In this document: positions 28,983-38,192 of the stretch, piece by piece | How positions within the stretch are numbered: position 1 is the first letter of the stretch | Layout: each line of letters begins with the position of its first letter | From: Candidatus Daviesbacteria bacterium | GTDB taxonomy: Bacteria > Patescibacteriota > Microgenomatia > Daviesbacterales > UBA10151 | Assembly (NCBI GenBank): GCA_027451625.1 | Contig: DAIDIY010000048.1 | Coordinates: forward strand, 26,917-90,916 | Reading direction: 5' to 3' | DNA: 64,000 nucleotides | Notes under the pieces: model-generated | Databases searched by the model: none | The model's input: only the letters and a program-made list of their open reading frames with translations | Told to the model about the DNA's origin: nothing | Translations under genes and position numbers: made by a program

Positions 28983-30746
28983 TTAACTCTTTAATTTTAA
29001 AGATAAATCACGGAAACGTTTATTCAACGCTTCAAGTTGCTCTATTTTACCAAATGTTTGAGCATTTTTAATATCGGCAGCTAATTTTTCTAAAGACGAC
29101 TTCACTAAGGCTTTTTTCAACTCTGATACTACAACTTGAACTTCATCTTGCCAAGCCTTTGACTGCAAGATCTTTTCATTAATTTCCATTAAGTATAGCT
29201 TATCTACGATACCAATAAACTCCTGAGGCAGTGTTTTAACAAAATCAGCAATCGAAAATACTCTCCCTTTAAAAGAAATCGAATCTAAATATAGCACACA
29301 AAGGACATATATGGAACGGTTAATATTAGATTGAAATAAAGTCTCAGGGAAATTTGGTACAAATGTAAGCTCATCAGGTATATGCAAGAGTAAAGAGAGA
29401 AGATATTCTTCCAGTAGTTCTCGTCTACTCCTAAGAGTTTTTTCTGATTCTTCTACACTATCTATTTTTTTATAACTTATTTTATCTACTTTTATCTTTT
29501 TTATTTCATTCTTCAAAATTTCTTCCGAAAGGCCTAATAAAGCAGAAAGTTTTTGCAAATAATGATCAAATACTAAAGGATCTGAGATCTTTCTCCAGAT
29601 TGGAAATAGCTCTTCACTCATCTTGCGTCTATCTTCTACCTTATTTCTATTAAAGCGGTCTGCTGCCGAACGTAAATAATAATCATAGATAGGTTCTGCC
29701 TCCTCTACCACTTTATGCCATTTAGATTGGTCTTTCTTCGCCAATTCTGCCGGATCTTTACCTTCCTCAATTCGAATAACCTTAATATTCATTCCTGCTT
29801 CATCCGCAATTTCAATTCCCCGTCGAGAAGCAATTTCACCCGCTTTATCCATGTCAAAACTTAAAATTAAAGTCTGTGTATAATTCTTTAATAAATCTAT
29901 TTGGCCAGAAGTCAGCGCAGTCCCTTTGGAAGCAACTACATTTTTAACTCCACTTTGATAAGATAAAATCATATCCATCTCGCCTTCTGTTAAGATAGCA
30001 GAACCTTGAGATCTAATTTCATTTTTAGTTAGATTAAGACCAAACAAAAAATGACTTTTATCAAAAATTAAGGTCTGAGGAGTATTTACATATTTAGGTT
30101 CACCTTTATCTAACACTCTTCCCGCAAAACCTATGACCAAACCTTTTTGGTCGATAAGAGGAAAAATTATACGTCCTCTAAAACGATCATAGCATCCTCT
30201 TTTTGAAGGCACCGCAAGTCCTGAATCTATTAATTCATCATTAGAAAACCCCCGTTTGTTAGCAAAAAGGGTTAATGAATCCCAGGAGTTAGGCGCATAA
30301 CCTAATTGAAAAGTTTCTATTGTTTCTTTGGTTAATCCTCGATCCAATAAATAAGCTAAAGCCTTTTTGCCTAGCTTATGATTTAAAAGAAGATAATTAA
30401 AAAACTCTACTGCTTTAAGATTAAGGTCTAATAATTTACTCTTTTTGTCTTTACTAATATCCTTAGATCTTTTTAAAACTACTCCAGACTTTTTAGCTAA
30501 AATTTCCAACGCTTCTGGAAAGGTTAGAGCTTCTTTCTCCATTAAGAACTTAAAGACATCTCCGCCCTTACTACAACCAAAACAATGCCAAATAGCTCTT
30601 TCGGGGGAGACCACAAATGAGGGTGTATTTTCTTGATGAAAAGGACAGTTTGCTTTAAAATTAACTCCAGATTTTTTAAGAGGAAAGTACTCCTGGATAA
30701 AATCAACAATATTTATCCTTTTTTTTATTTCTTCGAGGTCATCCAT
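28983..30746 (-). CDS. dnaG: DNA primase
   Basis: Zinc-binding [13 protein letters not shown]...[14 protein letters not shown] and a TOPRIM domain ([14 protein letters not shown]). Immediately upstream of rpoD. Confidence 0.9.
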   Translation of the reverse strand: MDDLEEIKKRINIVDFIQEYFPLKKSGVNFKANCPFHQENTPSFVVSPERAIWHCFGCSKGGDVFKFLMEKEALTFPEALEILAKKSGVVLKRSKDISKDKKSKLLDLNLKAVEFFNYLLLNHKLGKKALAYLLDRGLTKETIETFQLGYAPNSWDSLTLFANKRGFSNDELIDSGLAVPSKRGCYDRFRGRIIFPLIDQKGLVIGFAGRVLDKGEPKYVNTPQTLIFDKSHFLFGLNLTKNEIRSQGSAILTEGEMDMILSYQSGVKNVVASKGTALTSGQIDLLKNYTQTLILSFDMDKAGEIASRRGIEIADEAGMNIKVIRIEEGKDPAELAKKDQSKWHKVVEEAEPIYDYYLRSAADRFNRNKVEDRRKMSEELFPIWRKISDPLVFDHYLQKLSALLGLSEEILKNEIKKIKVDKISYKKIDSVEESEKTLRSRRELLEEYLLSLLLHIPDELTFVPNFPETLFQSNINRSIYVLCVLYLDSISFKGRVFSIADFVKTLPQEFIGIVDKLYLMEINEKILQSKAWQDEVQVVVSELKKALVKSSLEKLAADIKNAQTFGKIEQLEALNKRFRDLSLKLKS

Positions 30747-30997
30747 AGCATTACAATGATCTTATCGCCCGCTTTGCAAAGCCATAAGGTATTGTGGGCA
30801 GATTTTACACCTAACAAAGCCCGAAGTCAACGCAATCAATATAAGTAATTAGCACAGACAGACAAGCTGATTTAAAATTTCTAACAAAAATATTCAAATC
30901 CAGATATTTGCTCAAAAATAAACATTACGTTATCATAACGGGTAATTGAGTCCAAAATTCAAAATTGTTTAAAATTAAATAATCTTAAATTTTTAAT

Positions 30998-31084
30998 GGA
31001 GAGATGCAAGAGTGGTTTAATTGGCAGTCCTGGAAAGACTGTGTGCGGGTGACCGTACCGTGGGTTCGAATCCCACTCTCTCCG
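30998..31084 (+). tRNA. tRNA-Ser (GGA), type II
   Basis: Acceptor GGAGAGA/TCTCTCC, anticodon stem-loop CAGTC-CTGGAAA-GACTG, long variable arm, T-arm GTGGG-TTCGAAT-CCCAC, discriminator G, encoded CCA. Confidence 0.8.
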
Positions 31085-31129
31085 CCAGGTATAATTGTGA
31101 ATTAATACTTAATTTATTATAATTTTTAT

Positions 31130-31690
31130 TTAAAAAGAAATAGAAATTTTTAAAAGGTATTCTTTATTACCCGAACCTCCTCTAATAGGAGAATCCATCA
31201 CCTTTTCTACTTCAAAATTAAGTTCTTTTATTTTCCTTAAGCTTTCATCTTTTATTTCCTCCGCCACATCATCTGCCAATAACCCTTTTTTCAACAAATT
31301 TACACGGGCTTCATACTGGGGTTTAAGTAATGCAATAATAATAGCTTTAGACTTAACGAAATTTTTTATAACTGGAAGAACCTTTTCCATCCTCGTCCAG
31401 CCTGCATCTATTGTAACTAGATCTACCTTTTCTGGTAAGGTTGTTAAATGCAATATATTAGTCCGTTCCAGAACTGTAACTTTTGGATTTGTTCTTAATT
31501 TCCATGACAGTTCTCCGTAAGAGGTATCCACTGCATAAACCCTGGATGCTCCGTACTGAATCAGACAATCAACAAAACCACCAGTCGAAGATCCAATATC
31601 CAAACAAAGTAGATTATTGATATCTAATTTCCATTTTTCAATTGCCCCTTGGAGTTTGATTCCCCCTCTAGAAACAAAAACTTTATTCAT
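31130..31690 (-). CDS. tlyA: TlyA-family rRNA 2'-O-methyltransferase (FtsJ-like), lacking the S4 domain
   Basis: RGGIKLQGAIEKWKLDINNLLCLDIGSSTGGFVDCLIQYGASRVYAVD aligns closely with the TlyA core. Confidence 0.7.
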   Translation of the reverse strand: MNKVFVSRGGIKLQGAIEKWKLDINNLLCLDIGSSTGGFVDCLIQYGASRVYAVDTSYGELSWKLRTNPKVTVLERTNILHLTTLPEKVDLVTIDAGWTRMEKVLPVIKNFVKSKAIIIALLKPQYEARVNLLKKGLLADDVAEEIKDESLRKIKELNFEVEKVMDSPIRGGSGNKEYLLKISISF

Positions 31691-32111
31691 TTAAGATTTC
31701 CTTTGCCAGCCTTAAAAATTCTTTATCCTTGGAAAAACTTAAGGTCTGTAATGCCTCATCAAAAGACAACCAGACGGCTTCAGAGATCTCTTCTTCCTGA
31801 CGTTTAACATCACCACCTGCATACTCCATTAGAAAGATTATCACTATTTTAAATATTTTTTGACCTTCCCTCTCAAAAACATATTTTGACTCTCCTAATT
31901 TAGAAACTACTGTTGCCTCCACTCCAGTTTCTTCTCTAACTTCTCTATTTGCAGCTCCTTCGCTGGATTCGTTTTCTTCTATATGACCTTTAGGAAACCC
32001 CCAATAACTAACTCCCGCATGTGCTATCGAAGAATTTTTTATCAACAAAAAATAGAACTTATCTCCTTTTTTATAAAAAACTACACCCCCAGCAGAAACT
32101 TCTCTTCTCAT
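31683..32111 (-). CDS. NUDIX hydrolase
   Basis: Nudix box GHIEENESSEGAANREVREETGV. Start trimmed to the internal Met (MRREVSAGG) because the longer ORF overlaps tRNA-Arg. Confidence 0.8.
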   Translation of the reverse strand: MRREVSAGGVVFYKKGDKFYFLLIKNSSIAHAGVSYWGFPKGHIEENESSEGAANREVREETGVEATVVSKLGESKYVFEREGQKIFKIVIIFLMEYAGGDVKRQEEEISEAVWLSFDEALQTLSFSKDKEFLRLAKEILNE

Positions 32112-32141
32112 ATAGTCCTTATTAGATTTATAACTATCCAG

Positions 32142-32213
32142 TGCCCCTGGCGGGAATCGAACCCGCATATCGGGATCCGGAATCCCGTGGTCTATCCATT
32201 AGCCTACAGAGGC
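32142..32213 (-). tRNA. tRNA-Arg (CCG)
   Basis: Minus strand: acceptor GCCTCTG/CAGGGGC, anticodon stem-loop CGGGA-TTCCGGA-TCCCG, T-arm GCGGG-TTCGATT-CCCGC. Confidence 0.7.
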
Positions 32214-32220
32214 AAAAAAG

Positions 32221-32309
32221 CGGAGGAGGTGGGATTCGAACCCACGGTCACCTAAAAGGCGACAGCCGCTTTCGAAACGGCCCCGTTACAACCACTTCGG
32301 TACTCCTCC
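32221..32309 (-). tRNA. tRNA-Ser (CGA), type II
   Basis: Minus strand: acceptor GGAGGAG/CTCCTCC, anticodon stem-loop GCCGT-TTCGAAA-GCGGC, long variable arm, T-arm GTGGG-TTCGAAT-CCCAC. Confidence 0.7.
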
Positions 32310-32609
32310 AAGAACTATCTAAGTTTACCATAAGCTTAAAACTAACAAGCCGTCTTTTGAGAAACTCCGATAGAATCTGTTTTGAGAAACTAAGTAGAGA
32401 CTACAATTTTTTTATTTTTATAATGAAGCGCAAACCCTATATAGCAATGTTAGATCAGGCTAATAAGATAGTATATAAATTTATGTACAGATTTTCTCAT
32501 CGAGAACATATTGATCTCTTTATTGATACTTGCTAAATACTTTAAATTCCGTATCTGTAAACTGTAATTACTACTATTCGTATAGTTATAATAAGACCAT
32601 CCAATCCTG

Positions 32610-32682
32610 TGCGCCCGGCGGGAGTCGAACCCACAACCGTCAGATCCGCAATCTGATGCTCTATCCATTAAGCTACGGGCGC
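32610..32682 (-). tRNA. tRNA-Arg (anticodon GCG as read)
   Basis: Minus strand: acceptor GCGCCCG/CGGGCGC, D-arm GCTT/GAGC, anticodon stem-loop TCAGA-TTGCGGA-TCTGA, T-arm GTGGG-TTCGACT-CCCGC. Confidence 0.65.
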
Positions 32683-32744
32683 CAACAGGGACAATTTTAG
32701 CATAAAAGTAGATCAAAATAGAATTTCAAATAATCTTAATTTAT

Positions 32745-33323
32745 TTATACGCTGACTCGATGGGGATTTTCCAGGGGAAAATGCTTTTGAATGCTTTCCG
32801 CCCATCTATCAAACATTGTTTTAGGAGGAATTTCGTGAAAAGGGATAAACCGAGCAATAATCTCTTTGACAGCATCTTCATTTAAATCTCCAGGCATTAA
32901 AATTAGCTCTCCAGGAAAGCGTAAGTGAGTCCAAATGTGTATTAATCTATATCCATCTTTATCAGCAAACCAAAATGAATCAAGAACTTCCCAAAGATAA
33001 AAATGGTCTCCGATTGTCACCCCTTGAGTTGATACTTTATAAGGGATACTCTCAGGTTGCACATATGCTAAAACAAAAGTTATGAATGCAACCGCAAGGA
33101 TTGCTCCTATCAAAAGCATCTCATTAATTAAAAACGAAATTAGAGTTAGCAGTACTACAATTATCATAATAGTAGTGTAGTAAGATCTGTCCTTCCTACG
33201 ATAAGGTCTTGCTGGTGCTTGCCAGGAGAGGAGTGTTCTAACTGGCAAATCTGAGGCATAGCTGCTTATTTGTATCGAGGAGGGCAAAGAAGATTTGTTT
33301 TCTTTAACAAAGACTTTGGGCAT
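32745..33323 (-). CDS. hypothetical membrane protein
   Basis: 192-aa ORF with two central TM helices. No motif recognised. Confidence 0.4.
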   Translation of the reverse strand: MPKVFVKENKSSLPSSIQISSYASDLPVRTLLSWQAPARPYRRKDRSYYTTIMIIVVLLTLISFLINEMLLIGAILAVAFITFVLAYVQPESIPYKVSTQGVTIGDHFYLWEVLDSFWFADKDGYRLIHIWTHLRFPGELILMPGDLNEDAVKEIIARFIPFHEIPPKTMFDRWAESIQKHFPLENPHRVSV

Positions 33324-33416
33324 ATCCTTAGTGTACTTTGGATAACAGCTAGTGTACAGAGACTACTTGAATACAAACACTAAATCTTAAGTTAAAGTTA
33401 ACTGACAATTATCATG

Positions 33417-33803
33417 TGGAGACGGAGGGAGTGACCCTCGTGTGAACTTACAAAATAAAAACACCTACAAGCTTAGCTGATATATTTATAAGTAAAAGAT
33501 GTAACCTATCAGCAGGAAATCATTTACTTGATTCAATATTCTTAATAATCTCAGTTGAATCTGACCAAAATTACTGCATTCTGACTGTTGTACGTATTCT
33601 AAGCTTCCGCCAGAAAAGAAATTCTTAGAATACCGTTATGCTGCTAACGCGTATCCAACTTGAGGCTGGACTAACGCCGCAAACATTTCGGATGCTTTAT
33701 TTTTTAGATTAGCATCTATTTTTGAAACAATATTTTACGAATAATGTTTCCTGTTCGGCTTGCAGTTTTTAAAGTGCGAAGTACATCGAATCTGTACGTC
33801 CCC
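33417..33803 (-). ncRNA. ssrA: tmRNA (transfer-messenger RNA)
   Basis: Minus strand. 5' end GGGGACGTACAGATTCGATG matches the tmRNA 5' consensus (GGGG...GATTCGAC). 3' end has a T-arm-like GAGGGTCACTCCCTC, and an acceptor 3' strand CGTCTCC that pairs with the 5' GGGGACG. Internal tag ORF ...GCA TCC GAA ATG TTT GCG GCG TTA GTC CAG CCT CAA GTT GGA TAC GCG TTA GCA GCA TAA ends in YALAA-stop. smpB lies 1.1 kb away. Confidence 0.75.
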
Positions 33804-33855
33804 GTAAGCATATTTTAACATATAAACAGCTGCACCTCAAGTAAATCTTGTAGTG

Positions 33856-34533
33856 TCACGACTTTTGATACAGTTTAACAAACTCAAATGGTGTTTTGTA
33901 ATCTAAAGCTTGATGAGGTCTCCACGTATTGTAGCTGTTAATGAATTCTTGTATCCACTGATTAAGCTGTCCAATATGCTCAGGTCTATTCTCCAGCCAG
34001 TAGTAGAACTCATCTTGATCAGTCCTGAATGACCTTTCAATGACTGCATATTCGAAAACTGTAAAAGGTAATCCACCTAGCTCTGGAGTAACATGTTTAG
34101 TATCCATTTGTAGATAACCTAATGATTTAGTATTTCTTGGCCTCATAGCATGACCATTCTGGAATTTAGGTCTTCTGTATTGTACCTGTTTTGTTATTAA
34201 GTTTTTGTTTTTTAGCAGTCTATGGATTGTTCTCCATGAAGCAGATACACCATCTACATAAGCTAGCTCTCTTGCTGCTACATGTTTTCTACTTCTGATT
34301 TTGATCAACTTTTCAGCCTCCAAAACAGATATTTTGTAATTGATAGTTTTGGGTCTGGTAGATCTTCTCCTCAATCCTCTAGTAGTCAAATGTAATCTGT
34401 TATGAACAGATTTAGCTCTTTTGATCCATCTGTAAACAGTCGGTCTTGATATACCGAGATCTCTGGAAGTTTTAGTAATGGAATTACTCTCTTTAAATGA
34501 ATAAATAATTTCTTTAACTTCAATTCGTTTCAT
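33856..34533 (-). mobile_element. IS-family transposase (HTH plus rve/DDE integrase core; possibly truncated)
   Basis: N-terminal HTH (SRDLGISRPTVYRWIKR); C-terminal rve signature YNTWRPHQALDYKTPFEF. 225 aa is short for IS481/IS3/IS30-type enzymes. I found no clear terminal inverted repeats. Confidence 0.55.
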
Positions 34534-34709
34534 ACATTCATTACTAGTGTAACAAATGTCATGTCACCTTAAGGGAAATTGGAAGCTGAATCCGACACAG
34601 GATCATAAGATAAAACAATTAGCCTTAATAATAACTTAGATAAAGCAGTCCACGGCTAGCGAATATCATTAAGCGATGATATACTAAAGAATGTCATTTA
34701 GGCGTAACA

Positions 34710-34794
34710 GGAGGGGTCGCATAGTGGTCTAGTGCGGCGGTCTTGAAAACCGCTGTGTCGTAAGGCACCGTGAGTTCGAATCTCACCCCCTCCG
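34710..34794 (+). tRNA. tRNA-Ser (UGA), type II
   Basis: Acceptor GGAGGGG/CCCCTCC, anticodon stem-loop GCGGT-CTTGAAA-ACCGC, long variable arm, T-arm GTGAG-TTCGAAT-CTCAC, discriminator G. Confidence 0.8.
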
Positions 34795-34847
34795 CCTAAA
34801 AAAGACTTTTGGTTGAAAATACTAGTTGGAGTAAATTTGTAGAATCA

Positions 34848-34935
34848 GGAGAGGTCGCATAGTTGGTCTAGTGCGGCGCAGTGCTAATGCGCTGTCCGAG
34901 AAATCGGACCGTGGGTTCGAATCCCACCCTCTCCG
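34848..34935 (+). tRNA. tRNA-Ser (GCU), type II
   Basis: Acceptor GGAGAGG/CCTCTCC, anticodon stem-loop GCGCA-GTGCTAA-TGCGC, long variable arm, T-arm GTGGG-TTCGAAT-CCCAC. Confidence 0.8.
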
Positions 34936-34958
34936 CTTTGATATTGAATTTTCTCAAT

Positions 34959-35399
34959 TTATATTTTACCTCTCAATTCTTGCTCAATTCGACGCAAATG
35001 GTCGCGATCTTTAAGTGCTTTTCTTTTATCAAATTCCCTTTTGCTTTTACCTACCCCTAACTGTAATTTAATAAAATTATTCTTATCGTAGAAAGATAAG
35101 GGAACAAGGACCATCTTACCTCCAGATATTTTACCAATAAGAGTCTTAATTTGATCTTCATGTAATAATAATTTACGACTCCTACTTGGGGTATAACCTT
35201 CAATATGAGAGTTTTTATAAAGAGGTATATTCGCATTAACTAAAAATACTTCCCCACTAATAATTCGAGCAAAACTCTGGCCTAGATCAGCTCGACCTTG
35301 TCTTAAAGATTTCACTTCTGAACCAAGTAAGACAACTCCTGTCTCTATTGATTCTAGAATATGATAATTCCTATAAGCTTCTTTGTTAACGATTCGCAT
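34959..35399 (-). CDS. smpB: SsrA-binding protein
   Basis: NKEAYRNYHILE...GVVLLGSEVKSLR and C-terminal GKSKREFDKRKALKDRD are characteristic of SmpB. Confidence 0.9.
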   Translation of the reverse strand: MRIVNKEAYRNYHILESIETGVVLLGSEVKSLRQGRADLGQSFARIISGEVFLVNANIPLYKNSHIEGYTPSRSRKLLLHEDQIKTLIGKISGGKMVLVPLSFYDKNNFIKLQLGVGKSKREFDKRKALKDRDHLRRIEQELRGKI

Positions 35400-35408
35400 A
35401 GTAATATT

Positions 35409-37232
35409 TTACTGCAAATCGATCCGGAATATCTTGCTGCCTTTAAGAAGATAGATTTTTTTATTATCTTCATCTACAGCTAAATCTGTAAAAGTTGCGA
35501 ATTTATCTCCTCTATATTGAGATTGGTAAACTCCTTTTTTGTCAACAATTAATAATCTGCTGTTCCCGCTATCCAGGATATAGACGTTATCACCATTTTC
35601 TGAAACAAAAAAACTAACAGGATGGTTGACATCTTTATCTAACCCTTGATAGGAGAAAAAATCAGATCCTCCTTCAGTAAATTTATCAATTCCTCCGTTG
35701 GCTTTTAAAACCCATATAGAAGAGTCAATTTGCATCTTTTTGCTCCCTAAGAATTGATCAGTAACTCCATTTAAATAACCAATTTTATCCGAATAACCAT
35801 CAGCAACAGGAACATACTTCCATATTTGATTCTTTAGCTCATCTAACAAATAGATGTTGTTTGCAAACCCAACCATATTGACTATTCCTCCCCAATCTTT
35901 ATCAAGTTTGATTGGATTCGAGATCTGATCATTCCCTAAATCAATATTTAACAATCCTTTTTGCTGTGAATATACCCATGCAGTACTACCATTTAAAGAT
36001 GCAAGAGAGGCATCACCTAATTTATCTTTTCCGGCTAAGATTTGAGGTGATTTGGTAGCAAGATCGACAGAGATAAGGTCACCATGGGTTGGATCTAAAA
36101 GCAGGAGATTACCATGAGATAAAGACATTTGCTGAGCCTCAAAGTTTGGTTTTAAAAGTGAGAGATCCAACCAGAGTGGAAAATTATTAACTTGATATAT
36201 CTTTAAAATCTGAGGAAACTTTTGATTAATTTCTGATTTTAATTCTTGTGCTTGCGAATTTTTTGGATCTATTACTGCTATTTGAGTTAATAATTTTTGA
36301 GCATTTTTTAAATCAGATAAAGCTTGCGCCTTACTCTCAGCTTTATTATTTGTTTTATTAATAGATATAGTAGCTGCTTTTATTAAATTAGAAATCTGAA
36401 TTTCTTTGTTTTTTTCAGCTTTATACTTTTTAAATCCTAAATACCCTCCCCCACAAATTATCAACAAAATAGCTACGATGATAGGTATTATTTTTTTTGG
36501 TTTAGAAGCTGGAATAAGAGTATCTGCTAGTACTGTAGGAAATTTTTGCATACCAGAGAAAACTTTCTCTGTTTTTGGTTGAGTTTCCATCCATTGAGCT
36601 ACTGGAACTTCATTATTCTCCTCTGAAGACTCTTCAATGATAATAGCTGTGATTGGATGAATTTCACCTTTAGGCAGTAGTTCTAAAGTCGCGTCTTCTA
36701 TCTCTTCTAATGGTATCTGTCTAATCTCTTCTAAACCATTTTTGAACAAAGGTAAAAAATCCTCGGTAGCCAAAACAATTCTATCTCCAGGGTGAATAAA
36801 TCCAGACAGAAGTTGTCCTTCTGGAGTCATCTCTGATAAGTTTGATGATTGATTTATCTTAGTAAGAAATATTTTTAAGCTTGTTCCAAATCTTAAAACA
36901 TACAATACTCGATCCAAAAGGTCTTCTTTTATAGTTGCCGCAACTACGAACTCCAGTTTGTCTACTTCCGGTAAATTTTGCTTAATAATCTCTTGCAACG
37001 CCGATAATCGCTCGGGGATAGACCTAGTCTCATCCAAATAGAACGATTCTTCTAGTAGAGGTAGCAGCTGACGAGTCTTTACAAATGCTTCCTCACCAGA
37101 AACTTTAGTTAAAAAGAACAACCTAATATCTAATTGCTTCCCCGAAGAATTAGATACTTGTTTTTGAAAAATATGAGACAAAGCTACTTCGAAGTCTGAA
37201 TTTAAACCAACAATCTTTTCTGCTCTTAACAT
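35409..37232 (-). CDS. hypothetical membrane protein with C-terminal beta-propeller-like repeats
   Basis: 607 aa; central TM; the C-terminal half has repeated hydrophobic motifs (NNIYLLDELKNQIWKY, DNVYILDSGNSRLLIVD, KKIYLLKGSKIFRID) suggestive of NHL/YVTN-type blades. Confidence 0.4.
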   Translation of the reverse strand: MLRAEKIVGLNSDFEVALSHIFQKQVSNSSGKQLDIRLFFLTKVSGEEAFVKTRQLLPLLEESFYLDETRSIPERLSALQEIIKQNLPEVDKLEFVVAATIKEDLLDRVLYVLRFGTSLKIFLTKINQSSNLSEMTPEGQLLSGFIHPGDRIVLATEDFLPLFKNGLEEIRQIPLEEIEDATLELLPKGEIHPITAIIIEESSEENNEVPVAQWMETQPKTEKVFSGMQKFPTVLADTLIPASKPKKIIPIIVAILLIICGGGYLGFKKYKAEKNKEIQISNLIKAATISINKTNNKAESKAQALSDLKNAQKLLTQIAVIDPKNSQAQELKSEINQKFPQILKIYQVNNFPLWLDLSLLKPNFEAQQMSLSHGNLLLLDPTHGDLISVDLATKSPQILAGKDKLGDASLASLNGSTAWVYSQQKGLLNIDLGNDQISNPIKLDKDWGGIVNMVGFANNIYLLDELKNQIWKYVPVADGYSDKIGYLNGVTDQFLGSKKMQIDSSIWVLKANGGIDKFTEGGSDFFSYQGLDKDVNHPVSFFVSENGDNVYILDSGNSRLLIVDKKGVYQSQYRGDKFATFTDLAVDEDNKKIYLLKGSKIFRIDLQ

Positions 37233-37290
37233 GATTAGTTTTTAAAAATAAACTTTTAATTCATACAGTTTATAAGAATATTCCTTCGAT

Positions 37291-37572
37291 TTACCTTTTA
37301 CCTGATAAATGTAAAAAATACAATATCTGAGAAGCGTCAAAGAAAAATCCTATAAATAACACGGTAACAAATACTGCAAGCGCTACATTAGCTAAGGCAA
37401 GGTTACGCAAAACACCTTTTGAATCAGTCTCTACAGTTTCTGTCATTCTATCTACTTCTGTAACAACTAATAAACTAAATAGAAAATATAAAAAAGCCAT
37501 AAGAATTGATACTAACCTTAATCCCGTCCAAGTATCTATAAGTAAGACCGAAAACACAGATGTAGTCTCCAT
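37291..37572 (-). CDS. small membrane protein (hypothetical)
   Basis: 93 aa, three hydrophobic segments. Confidence 0.3.
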   Translation of the reverse strand: METTSVFSVLLIDTWTGLRLVSILMAFLYFLFSLLVVTEVDRMTETVETDSKGVLRNLALANVALAVFVTVLFIGFFFDASQILYFLHLSGKR

Positions 37573-37576
37573 TATT

Positions 37577-38134
37577 TTATTTTTTCATACTCTCCTTAAG
37601 GCTTTGAATTCTATCCGCAACAAAAACGGGATCAGGAATTTTTACAAACTCTACACTCTGATTCTCTGCAGCTGTTTCCATAATTACATCACCAAAATTT
37701 AAAAAAGTCTCATTAAAGCCTTGTTGAACAGATTTTACACTTTGAATATCAGAGAGTTCAGCTTGAGTAATCTCCCTACGGAACAAATTATAAAAATGTA
37801 CTTGAATAATATGAAGGTTAGTCACAATATAACAATTGAAATACCAGTGCAGAAAACTTTGGAGTAAATAAAACATACTTAATAAATACCAGAGGATTGT
37901 TGCAGATATAATTATGTCCAAGGGTATAAATCGTAGTTCTGGCTTAAAAAAAATCCAAGCTAAATCTAATCCCAAAACTGGAATTAAAGACATAAATAGA
38001 AAACCAATAATCCAGTTAAGATTTGTTATCCAATATTGTCGTAAAAATATTTCAACTGTTTCACTATCCTCTACTTCAGAAAAATGAACTGAATCTGGTT
38101 TATCAAAAAGCGCAGGGAAAAAGGATAGATTCAT
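37577..38134 (-). CDS. membrane protein with bacterial PH-like (YdbT/bPH_2-like) domain
   Basis: Two N-terminal TM helices, then a soluble domain (FLNFGDVIMETAAENQSVEFVKIPDP) resembling membrane-flanked bPH domains. Confidence 0.35.
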   Translation of the reverse strand: MNLSFFPALFDKPDSVHFSEVEDSETVEIFLRQYWITNLNWIIGFLFMSLIPVLGLDLAWIFFKPELRFIPLDIIISATILWYLLSMFYLLQSFLHWYFNCYIVTNLHIIQVHFYNLFRREITQAELSDIQSVKSVQQGFNETFLNFGDVIMETAAENQSVEFVKIPDPVFVADRIQSLKESMKK

Positions 38135-38192
38135 CCTAATATGGATAATACCACTCTTGGTTTAAGGATTACAGCCACACAACCATTAATTG

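Noticed and set aside
31683-32168. Full-length 161-aa NUDIX ORF
   Set aside because: The N-terminal 19 codons overlap tRNA-Arg(CCG) at 32142-32213. Start moved to Met at 32111.
31983-32716. Track ORFs 31983..32255(+), 32141..32536(+) and 32450..32716(-)
   Set aside because: They run through three tRNA genes or are antisense to the NUDIX gene. Their translations include tRNA sequence read as protein and show no coding-like features.
33856-34533. Complete IS element with terminal inverted repeats
   Set aside because: Both flanks share the word TAACAAA in the same orientation, not inverted, and I found no convincing inverted repeats or target duplication. Reported as a transposase gene or remnant only.
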